Assembly: GCF_001194135.2 (NCBI RefSeq)
Contig: NC_068982.1
Location: 67,832,907 to 67,896,538, forward strand
DNA length: 63,632 bases
DNA from: Octopus bimaculoides
Taxonomy: Eukaryota
Direction: 5' to 3'
In this document: positions 13,633-24,954 of the stretch, piece by piece
Numbering within the stretch: the stretch's first letter is position 1
Layout: the number at the start of each line of letters is the position of its first letter
Program-made: the position numbers and the translations under genes
Notes under the pieces: generated by a model
Database searches by the model: none
Seen by the model: only the letters and a program-made list of their open reading frames with translations
Told to the model about the DNA's origin: nothing

Positions 13633-14963
13633 TATGCATATATATATATATATATGTGTATATACGTATATATANNNNNNNNNNNNNNNNNNNNNNNNNN
13701 NNNNNNNNNNNNNNNNNNNNNNNNNNNNNNNNNNNNNNNNNNNNNNNNNNNNNNNNNNNNNNNNNNNNNNNNNNNNNNNNNNNNNNNNNNNNNNNNNNNN
13801 NNNNNNNNNNNNNNNNNNNNNNNNNNNNNNNNNNNNNNNNNNNNNNNNNNNNNNNNNNNNNNNNNNNNNNNNNNNNNNNNNNNNNNNNNNNNNNNNNNNN
13901 NNNNNNNNNNNNNNNNNNNNNNNNNNNNNNNNNNNNNNNNNNNNNNNNNNNNNNNNNNNNNNNNNNNNNNNNNNNNNNNNNNNNNNNNGTGTATATATAT
14001 GCATATCAGGGTACAGGACGTTAGAACAATGACCTACAGACAACGGAACGAACACATAGGAAAACGGAAAGCTACTTGGAATATCCATTCATCAGCTGTC
14101 TCTATTCTAACTAGACGTTTCGAAGATAAGACAGAACGTACTCTAGAATAGTCTCTTCCTGAGTAGTGGATCAACCCACTACACAGAGGATTCCAAGGTG
14201 CAAACACAAACCAAGACAGGAAAAATTGGACAGTGAAAACAACATTCAAAAGCCGTACGGCCAAACGCGAATCTGAGGTAGAACGCTAGTAGTTCGTCTT
14301 GCCTTCACAGCGGCTGGAGTGAAAAAAAGTTGACCACATGTCACACGAGAGCAGAGAGGATGGTGGAGAGAGGAAGTGGAACAAGGAGGAAGGGACAGAA
14401 GGGTATAGCAGTGAAGTAGAGGCCAGGACAGAGGGATAGATAGAAAGATAGAGGAAGACAGATAGATAAATAGATAGAAAGATAGATAGATAGACAGATA
14501 GATAGATAGATAGATAGGTAGAAAGATAGAGTCACGTCAGAATGATAAAGTAGACTTACTTGCAAAAAAGGACGTGTGCGTTCAATAATGTAATAATACA
14601 AAGAATATCTAAACATGTATACACACATATATGTATATAAACAAAACAAAAAATGGAGCAAAAACGTAACCAGCGACAACAAAACGTCAGGACAGTTAAA
14701 CGAAACAAGGAAGGGCAGGAAAAAAACAAGGATAGGAAAAAACAAGGACGGGTCAATTAGTGCTTTCTATCGTCAGTTGAGTTCCAGATTATCCGTGCAG
14801 TTTCGGCCGGTAACCCACAAGATTGCTCCAGTCTGGCCGGCCTCAAACAATCTAAGCTAAGAGCATTAGATTCTTTTGAAGAAAATAAGCGAAAGTAAAC
14901 GAAACAAGTGCGAAAAAAATACGGAGAAATGTTACACAATTACAAATACAAACAACTTAATAT

Positions 14964-15090
14964 ATGTATATATGTGTATGTATATATGCATATGTGTATA
15001 TGTATATGCCTATGAATATATGTATATATATATATCTATGTATATATATATGTACAAATATATATTTATATATATATATATATGTACGTA

Positions 15091-15178
<88 letters not shown>

Positions 15179-15180
15179 GG
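14964..15180. repeat. (AT)n/(ATGT)n microsatellite
   Basis: Direct reading. Confidence 0.95.
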
Positions 15181-16086
15181 TGTGTTTGTATATATGTGTA
15201 TCTATAATACATTAAAAATCAGTTTGAATCTTGCTTGCTTACTTGCTGACTTACTCAGGCAAACTGGCGTATAATGGGAAAATCTATGAATTAAGTTACC
15301 TTGAAATGTTAATACGAACGGTGTGAAACAAGTTTTGCGTAAATAGGGGCAGTAGTTATTGAGATATTCATGATTTGGTGGGTATATATACTCAAATACT
15401 CAAAACGGTGTATAATGAGAAAATGTTCCGAATACAACTTCACCCTGAAAGGGAAGAAACTCTAGCCTTTCGATTAGACAGTGATTTGACAACGAAAACA
15501 TTAAATGATTCTAGTTTCGCTTTTGTTAAACACAATATGTTAATATAATTTAAAAATATGTTCAAGTGAATGTGATTTCAAAAATGTAAGTTGTTTGTGC
15601 ACTAAGTATTTATACTTTAGCTTTCTTTGAGCAGACAACAATTATTTTCAAGTGAATACCATTACAAAAAGTTTTTTGACATATTTGAAAAATATTTTAT
15701 AATGAAAATGACTTTAAAAATACGGTAAATATTTCGTTCGTAACCTCGGTATGAAATAGCTTTTTCCAAAAGGTTTTTTTCTTCGAGTGCATTCAACGTA
15801 TCTCACCTCCAAAGATTTGGCTGCTATTTCTAGTACGCCCAGCTATCACGTAACAGCTCTTTGCCATAAAGAACCCAAAATACCTGTTACGTGGTCGCAG
15901 GGCGCGCAAGAAATAGCAGCCAAATCATTCCTTTTCTGGGGGAAAGGACCCGATTACGCTTGATTTCAATGTCACAATCGTTGAAAGCATGCGAAATAAC
16001 CTGAAAAAGTAATAAAACTCGCGAAACAAAACTCGGTTGCTGGGAAACTCAGAGTTTCTCAGTGACCCGACGGTTCACGAGTAGAC

Positions 16087-16127
<41 letters not shown>

Positions 16128-16476
16128 CTAACTTGGGAATGGATGCGTGGCGTTCAATCAAATATACTTAGTAAGGTAGAGGCGATGGGAGGGGGGCAGA
16201 AAGAATTAAGTTTAGCGTTATTATCCGTGATTACATTAGTGAGTGAGTTTAATATTTATGACAAAGTACCGCTTTTGTGGGTAACAAGGATCATCTACCA
16301 CTCCAAGAATATATGATAATCAAAGCTGGCGACAAAAGTAAATACTAACAAGCACCCTACTAACTCAGACTTCGTCTGGTATAACCGATATCCAGTTTAA
16401 TAGTGTACGGTTTACCGATGGCTTACTGTACTTCATTTAAAGTTACTTAATCTAAATAACTACATGCATTAGATTC

Positions 16477-16559
<83 letters not shown>

Positions 16560-17475
16560 CTCTCACACACACACATATGCTGTTTGCTTTTGATGCCCGT
16601 AAACCTCTAACTAAACGCATTGATTTGATTCTTTTATTTTTTCAGATTAAATATAACTTTCATTTGATCTTAGACCACGTCCTCTGGAATATATTTTGTA
16701 CTCACATGAGCTAAAATGAAATATTGTAACATTCAGTCCTTTCCTATTAACGTAAAAGGTTTAATGAGCATAATGAAAATGTTTGAATGCGCAATGAAGT
16801 CAGGAGTTTAACATTTTCCTCTTGCAAACTAGAATCTTCTGGTTTCTGAAACTTCCATAGTGATAGAGAAATTATTGATCTCATTAATAAATACAAACGA
16901 TATGATTTAGTTTTACTGTTTATTTTAACAGAGGAATGTTAGGATATATTTAAATCTGTCGGTGTTGAAATAACCTGAAAAGAACAAAAAATACCGATTA
17001 GGTTACTACATAAATCAGCGTGCTTAAGAAAGCCTAAAAGCAATTTATTTATTATAATTAATCTGCAGTTTTAAGCTGTGTAAAAAAAAAAGAAAAAGAA
17101 AAAAAGGCAGATGTAAAAAACACTTATTTTCACATACAGAAAAATAGATTATTCTAGCTGGTATATGGTTCTGTTTACCACTCATAATAAAGAAAAAGAT
17201 ACTTTTTTACACAAAGAGAACATTTAACATCCGCTATTTATTGCAAAAAACAAACCAGAACTTAACTACAATGCCTAGACTAATTTGCATACCCGAGTTC
17301 TTCGGCTGCGAGACTGAATAATTATTGTATTGCTTCAGTCATTAGACTGTGGCCATGATAAGGGTATCATGTTGAAGGATTTAATCTAACAAATCGTCTC
17401 CAGTACTTATTTTTTAGTCAGGTACTGATTCAACAGGCGGAATTATTGCTGAACATCTAAGTTTTGAGGAAAAAG

Positions 17476-17523
<48 letters not shown>

Positions 17524-19244
17524 TGTGTGTGTGTGTGATAGATTTCCACACAACTTCCGTCTATCAAATTCATTCACAGGGTTTTGGTTTATAATCCAAG
17601 ACACTTTCCCAAAGTACCGCGCAGAGGAACAGAACCCGAAACCGCATGGTTGCAAAGTAGGCTTCTTAGCAATGCAGCCATGTCTGTGCCTAATAGATAT
17701 TTATTTACAGTTCAACATGTATTAAACTAAGGCATGTTTCAAGTAGCTAAACTACATTTTAGTTTTTTTTACCTTGAAACCCTACACAGATGTAATTATA
17801 TGTAATTAAATGCATGAGGAATTCATAATTACTAGTCGCAATGAACAAAATTTATTAGAAAAACCGTTATGAGGTAAAATGTTACGAAATTTCCTGTCAG
17901 TAAGGGAGTAACGCTTCAGCTATAAGAATAAAGAATATATTTCTAAACTCAATGTTTACTTCCAAAGGCGGTGAGCTAGCAGAAACGTTATATCTCCCTG
18001 GTTAAAATTGTTAACTGTATTTCGTCTGTGTTTACGTTTTTGAGTTCAAATTTCGCCGAGGTTGACTTTAACGTACAAATTATTTCATCAAATTTTTTTA
18101 AACTAAACTCTTTCAAACTTCCGATACTGGTACAATGTGTCACATAGAACAGGGTTTACTCTTAACGTTTTTGAAAACATTTCGTATTTTAGAAGCGGTG
18201 TTTCGTCTGTCTTTACGTTCTGAGTTCAAATTCCTTCGAGGTCGACCTTGCCTTTCATCCATTTCGGATCTATTCAATTAGACGTACAGATTATCTAATT
18301 ATTTTTTTTTTAAACTAAACACTTTCAAACTTCTGATACTGGTAGAATGTGTCACATAGAACAGAATTTACTCTTAACGTTTTGGACAAAATTTTGTATT
18401 TAGAAGTTATTTCGTCAGAAGTTACAGAGTGACGATGGAAACATTCGTGTTTGATAAGTGCCAATACACGAAACTCTCAGCTTTTGACTTACTCTCTAAC
18501 TTCTGCCGATGATATATATACATATTACATATATGTGTAAAAAAATCCCATCACCTGGTCCCTCGACACGCTAAAATAGCAGCCAAAGTATCGCCCTACC
18601 TAAATCACACGCCCATTGTATGTAATGTTCTAGATTATCCCTAAAAAGACAGTTTGCTGAAGGCTGGAATGTCTTTGATGATACGTTTGCAGTATCAGTG
18701 TTGATTTGAGGCTAAATAACAACGACATTATGGTCAATTTCTATATTAACACTCACACGAGTTTCACTAAGCAAAAAAAATTTGATTTTTGCGTGGAATC
18801 AAATACCCTGACCTTCAAATATGCTGCGAATCCCTTATTTTGGTTCGGAAAAACTTAGGTGGGGGTCCCCCTATCCCAGAATCATTGGAAATATTTTTCG
18901 TTGAATGAATTCCTGTGGCCTCCTAATATTGCAAAAGTAGGTTACTTAAGGTGAGCCTGGTAATTGATGGTTTTGTGGTCATGTTGTTTGTAACTTATGG
19001 TGAGCCATGGTGCAACCAACAACATGGTAAAATTCCCTGCCATTAATTTGGTGTGGATAGGTAATATCAAATAATTCAATCGCAACATACATTTAAATTA
19101 AACATGAAAAATATTGAAATATTATCATCACTTACATGGAAAAATTGAAATATTATCTTTCAGTATTTTATAAGGTAAAATCTTGAATTACTAATTGACA
19201 CATTATTAATTATCTTATAACAGCAATGCCTGGAAAAATCATAG

Positions 19245-19753
19245 ATTGCATGGAAAAATGTGAGCATGAAAAGTAATATTCTTAAGATTATAAACCTGGA
19301 AAGGTACAGGACAAGTTATTAAACCTGTAAAAGTATAGGACAAACTATTACTTCAAGTAAAATAAAGAATAAGAAACATTTTACTTAAAATATTGCAGCT
19401 AAAATTAAAATTTGAATATTAAAAATTATTTTATTATAGTTTACAAATAACACTATACTTATTTAAGTAGAATTTGGCTAATTTACTACCTTAAATACAG
19501 AAAAAAGTGACTAATTAGACAAACTTACAAATTAGCTGAACAGTTTTGTATAATAAATTTAAAAGATGAGAACTGTAAAGAGTGATAAATTAGAAGAACT
19601 GGCATTCTTTGCTGCAATATTTTAAGTAAAAAGTTTCTTATTCTTTATTTTACTTGAAGTAATAGTTTGTCCTATATTTTTACTTGTCCTGTACTTTTCC
19701 AGGTTTATAATCTTAAGAATATTACTTTTCATACTCGCACTTTTCCATGTAAT
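19245..19753. repeat. Long inverted repeat (fold-back/MITE-like)
   Basis: Arm 19245-19399 is the reverse complement of 19611-19753 apart from scattered mismatches and one short indel; spacer ~210 bp. Confidence 0.85.
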
Positions 19754-19769
19754 ACATAAATGTGTAATG

Positions 19770-21046
19770 GTGTCTGTCTGTATGTGTGTTTGGGGTTACT
19801 CTAACTCCACCCACACCGTCCAACCGATTTTAATGATTTGGGGTACATAGGTAGATCACATGCCCTAAACTTCAAATAAGGCCGGAACTTTTCAAAAACT
19901 CGATAATGCTCAGTTGGCATCGATTTTTGTGAGCTCAATCGGACGTTTCAATGGAAATTTCCATAACGATGTTATTTTTCCTGCGGCTTTTGCATATTTT
20001 GTCCGATTTTGATTAAATTAGAGGAGTGAGAGAGGTTCATGGCAGTGAGAGTTGATGTCAGTAATGGCGTTGACAAAAGAATCGATAGGTTTGCCTGAGC
20101 AGTGGTTTTATAAAATCAATAGGCCGTAATTTTTATATTTTCTATCCGATTTTAATGAAATTTGAGATGTAAATAAATTTTGTGGTGGAAGAGATGGTAA
20201 AGGTGCTTATTTAATTCAAAATGGCTTGAAAAAGGCACAAATGAAAATAAGCACATTTCCTTAGAGACATCCTTGTCGATTTTGTAGAAATTTTACACGT
20301 GATTGCAGTTCATGTTCATTAGTTGATTCCAGCATCAAGAGCTGACAAAAAAAAAATCGATAATTGCACGTGAGCGGGGTATTTTATGAAATCAATAGGT
20401 CTTTGTATGCAATTAACCATAGGATTAATATTTTATGCTGTAACTTTTACAGAATTCATCCGGTTTTGATGAAATTTGACATTTAATTAAAGTTTATGGT
20501 CGGAGTCATGTAATAGAATTAAAATTAAACTGGTGAAAAGCAGAAATCGTCAAAATTCTCTCACAATAAAAATAATGAACTGATTTTGAAGAAAATTGAC
20601 CCATGAGTAAAATTAAGCACCTCGACATAAGAAACATCGATTATTCATATAATGAATTAGGATTTAAAAGTCAATAGGATATTCTCATGTGAATGGGTCA
20701 TATGGATTCTATTTTATGACACAACCTTAACACTTTTCTTCGGATTTTGCTGAGATTGGACACGCTGATCAATTTTGTACAGAGAGTGGCATTAAGGGGA
20801 GAAAAATAGATAATCGTCACTCTCAACGGGTCCAGGTACACCCAAACGTTTGACTGCGGTTATAGAGACGGTCCAGTATGTAGGAGTGTGTCAAAATCGT
20901 TAACCGGGTAAAATCCCTACTGAACCAGATATAACGTCTCATTGGATAAAAGTTGACACGAGGAACGTAGAACATTTCAATACAAGGTCAGAGATGGGCT
21001 TAACTTCAACACGGAAAACACGAGCAATGCCGGGTCAAACAGCTAG
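19770..21046 (+). mobile_element. Non-autonomous Helitron/Helentron-like element
   Basis: Starts with TGTCTGTCTGTATGTGTG, carries seven degenerate CCGATTTT.ATGAAATTTG subrepeats and ends ACACGAGCAATGCCGGGTCAAACAGCTAG|T. Confidence 0.6.
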
Positions 21047-21098
21047 TTAATATATAAAGCCATATTTAATTTCATCAGATACGTTACCCTGTAAAGTT

Positions 21099-21368
21099 TC
21101 AGCCTGCCACATTTCCAGCTTTGATAACTCGACAATTACGTATTCCATAGCAAGGGCTTCTTGTAGTGGTTACGCGATACTTAGGTCTTCGAACAAGACG
21201 TTTTTCTCTGTTAGAAAATACAGCACTGCGTTTTTCTAGAGAGAAAGCATCACGAAGACCTCCAGCTCTAGACAGGTTATCTTCGTACAAAATTTCACTT
21301 CTTGCAATGCAAGTCTCCAGAAGCCCAACCAAGAGGACTGCATAAATTAAACAGACAATTCTAACCAT
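21099..21368 (-). CDS. Secreted peptide precursor; divergent intact paralog of the OctTK venom-tachykinin family
   Basis: Single ORF from the AACATG start (MVRIV..., 89 aa; an in-frame ATG also lies at 21377). Hydrophobic signal MVRIVCLIYAVLLVGLLETCIA, two KR sites, C-terminal CYGIRNC loop and terminal Gly. TATA box upstream; collinear similarity to the 49.8 kb and 60.8 kb precursors. Confidence 0.82.
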   Translation of the reverse strand: MVRIVCLIYAVLLVGLLETCIARSEILYEDNLSRAGGLRDAFSLEKRSAVFSNREKRLVRRPKYRVTTTRSPCYGIRNCRVIKAGNVAG

Positions 21369-21402
21369 GTTGAACATAATTACTGTTGTCTATTTCAACT
21401 CG

Positions 21403-21457
21403 CTTTTATAGCATTGATTCAGTCATTGTTCTGTCGCATATTAATGTTATGCACCTG
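21403..21457 (-). promoter_or_regulatory. TATA box (TATAAAAG, 21410-21403) and CAGGTG E-box (21457-21452)
   Basis: TATA lies about 42 nt upstream of the AACATG start; the same TATA plus E-box arrangement occurs at 28857-28902 (+) and 50023-50069 (-). Confidence 0.7.
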
Positions 21458-21823
21458 TTTGGCTGCAATTTTATTAATCCTTTGCTATACCCACGTGCGC
21501 TCAGTAAGCAATGTTAAAACAGCTTACATTGCAAGTGTTGTTGTTACATCTGCTGCTCACAGATTAAGTGTATTACAACAATCTAAGTTATTATATTATT
21601 TTAGATTATAAAAGGCTCTACTACTTAAGAAATCATCGTTGTAAGTGTGTGTTGGATTATATTGATATCCTTTGCTGTACCTCGCTGTACTAAATTAAAG
21701 TCAGGCGAACAAGTTTTTGATGAATATTTTTCTATTGTTAAAAGATACTTTAAAAAGTATTTAAAATGCTAATAGTTGCTAAAATTCTTTGGTAGAAAGG
21801 AAACCCAAAACATTGGGTAAACA

Positions 21824-22560
21824 TACAAGGTCCATTCCAGAAGTTTTCCGACTTTTTCAGGAGAAAAATTCATTCAGAGTAGTACAAAGCTCTAATTTAC
21901 TTCGAGGTAGAATCCTCTGACTTCAATGCACTTGCTGTAACGCTCTAACCATTTCGTGAAGGCCCCATGGATTTTCTTCAAAGTGGAGGTGTTTAGGACA
22001 AGGGTCCTGGGTACCTTCACTTTTTGGGGACTTCATCCTCAAAACGACTGCCGTTGGAGTTTTATTTCCAGCTTGGAGAACGTTCAAAAGTCACAGAGAA
22101 AAGGACAGGACAGCAGGAAGAATGAGAAACAGTTTTGATGCCCATCTCTGTCAAGTAGTTGGTCACCAGGATGCTCATTATCGAACAGCTTGGGAGCAAA
22201 CTTTGCACAAATTTTGAACATGTTCAGATTTTAAAGAAAAAAACTTGTGTACATTTGTCACACTCACTCCAAGTTGTATGCTTATTGTCTTTATAGACAC
22301 ACGACGGTCTTCATCAAGTAACTTGAGAATTTTTTTTCAACGACCTTTGATGTTCTGACGTCCGTCTCCCTCCCACACCTCTTGTCGTTTCTTTTATCTT
22401 TCTACCGTTCTTGAAATTCCTGTGCCAGCGAAAAATGTTAATTCATAAGCGACCTGGGCGCATTTCATAACTTTCAGTAGTGTTTTTACCAAGTTTAACA
22501 CAAAACTTTATTGCATAGAAAACTTCCAAATATCCCGGTTGCATTCTGCTAACTAGCCAA
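21824..22560 (-). mobile_element. Mariner transposon remnant
   Basis: Minus-strand fragments LSPCDFWTFSKL and FTKWLERYSKCIEVRG (mariner C-terminus); TA-flanked TIR-like end at 21824. Confidence 0.7.
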
Positions 22561-23998
22561 CAAGAAATGTTTAGTAGGTTGTGTTTAAAGTGCTGCTACA
22601 GCCGTCTCCTTCAATCTGGAATAACAAAAGCTGACCGATCATCTTATGCATCTGACTCACAATATATAGTAATGATATATTAAAGTTACAATAATAAAGG
22701 ACAGATATAACTGCCTCTCTTAAAAAAAGTCTCAAAACTCCTGAAACGCACCGCGTAATTAACAATTTTTACTAGAGAAAAGTATTTCATTTGTAGTTAT
22801 CTCGTTATTATCATAATTCCTATTTAATGAAATAAGAAATCACAGGATACAAAATACATTTCCTATTATATTCATGGTATTTTTGTTTACATCTAAATTA
22901 ATTTTCCTTTTGTCTGGTGGGAATAGTTCAATAAAAAAGTCATTTGAATATCTTTATACATTTCTCCAAACTTACATTTGTATTTCTGAGATTTACTGAT
23001 AGGGAAGATTTTCCAATAAAATTAACAGCCAAGGTAATGGCATTTATTCCACAACTTTGTACATCTTCAGTTGTAATAAGGTGAAAACAATAAAAATAAG
23101 TAACCTATCGGATATGTGGTTTTTTTGTGGATCTTCAGATGCAATATTACTTGGCTTACTTACAAGGAATGAAACTTGGAGGACTTCTAGACTACAATTA
23201 ATTATCTGTTTGAAGAATTAAATATATATTCTATTAGTTGCATACTAGCAACCACTCTACTTCATATGTTAATGCAGTATGGTTGAAATCTTGATTAATA
23301 ATAGAAATGACTTCTAGATTAATTGTTTGTTAATATAGGCACAAGGGAAATTTAATGAGGAAGAAGTTAGTTGATTGCATAGATTAAGTACATGGCTGGT
23401 ACTTTATTTAATCGATCTCAGACGGGCAAAAGGTAAAAGCGAATTCGATAATATCTTAAGTCAAGATGTAAAATGCTGTAAAAATACCACAAGGCATTTT
23501 GTACGACGCTCTGATGCTGCTGCGAATGCACCGCCCAATAAATGTAGAGAATATGAAAATTAAATCAGATAATTTTCTTCTCCCTATTTTTGTTTACGAT
23601 GTTTTACACAATTGATATGAGAAATGTTCTCAGCTACTAGATTATCCGATAACAACGTAATTATTTACTCAGAGATTAATGTATAATAATCTGAAGTATT
23701 ACCGAGATTGGAAGACACTGATTCGAATCTATTATCCCGTTAAAGTTCTGTCGTGACTAGGGAGAATCGTTATGCCAATATTATTAACACACGCACTGGT
23801 TCAATTCCACCCTTTTATTATTAGTCAATTGGATAACTATCCGACTAACTAAACGATTGTTTGTTTAATTTGGTTGAACAGTAAGTCATTTGTTTTGGTC
23901 TTGTCTGTCAAAGCTCTTTCGTTTCTACCTGCAACCTTTTCACTGACTTTCAACTTCGTCCGCTACAGAAGTTGCGTTTGTCTGCTTGTGACTTATAT

Positions 23999-24056
23999 AT
24001 ACATACATACATACATACATACATACATACATACATACATACATACATACATACAT

Positions 24057-24115
<59 letters not shown>
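23999..24115. repeat. (ATAC)n(GC)n(AC)n compound microsatellite
   Basis: Direct reading. Confidence 0.95.
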
Positions 24116-24118
<3 letters not shown>

Positions 24119-24921
24119 ACAAATATATGGGGTATTATGGTTATCGTATTTGCAGTCTTAACTCCATATTAGCAATAATTACGGAATTATCCTTCCGAGA
24201 AAATAATAAATATAGAAGATTATTATTAGTTAATACCAACTAATTTAAATAGATAAAAGAGTTGTTGTATTGATGATGTAATTGTTTATATATTTTTGTT
24301 GCAGTTACATGTAGCAGAAGACTTAGATACTTAATTGTATACATTTATATATACACACATATTATTGTATGTTGTGATGACAAGAGATTATCTTGGACAT
24401 GAAAGGGTTTCAATTGGTATATGTTTGAGATATAATGAAGTGAATTTCCATGGTTGTAGATTTCACTTACTTGATTGTATCGTCCATTAAAGTGTTTTTG
24501 TTGTTTTTTAATTGTAATTGATGTATGATTGAATAGTTAACGCTCACACTCACAACGCACATTTGAATTAAGATTTACAATCCAGTCGTCCTTTCACACG
24601 AAATTTTGTCTTTTAGGAGGCAAATACCCTGAAGTGATTATATATATATAATGGAACTGTGATTATGTATATCAGAAATATATATATATATAAGTCGAAA
24701 CAGTTTGTTGGACTTTTATGGTTTTTAGAATTATTTATATAATGTTATGTCATATATATTATATTCATAGTATTTAATGTAATATTGTAATATGAATAAA
24801 TTATTTGATTGACAATAGAATATCTCCATATTTAATTTATCTTTACATATTTATATATGTATAAATATGTATAAATATGTATATATGTATGTATGTATAT
24901 ATATATATGTGTGTGTCTATA

Positions 24922-24954
<33 letters not shown>

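Noticed and set aside
14105-14170. Possible Penelope-associated hammerhead ribozyme (minus strand ...CTCAGGAAGA...CGAAACGTC)
   Set aside because: The catalytic core CTGANGA is not intact and stems could not be verified by eye.
14876-15274. YI/CV/HT/RE-repeat ORFs throughout the window
   Set aside because: Translations of microsatellites.
21280-21305. SEILYEDN in the 21 kb precursor resembling the neurotensin N-terminus (ELYEN)
   Set aside because: It aligns positionally with the DDILTTDN pro-region of paralogs and is not followed by RRPYIL; most likely chance.
22975-23220. Putative small plus-strand exons (FTDREDFPIKLTAK|GT; CAG|ATGCAATAT...)
   Set aside because: Splice-like motifs are frequent in AT-rich DNA; no recognisable protein similarity.
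23375-23563. ORF with KCC..RRSD resembling a peptide precursor
   Set aside because: The sequence is a degraded SINE copy (GGCATTTTGTACGACGCTCT), as is 26918-27115.
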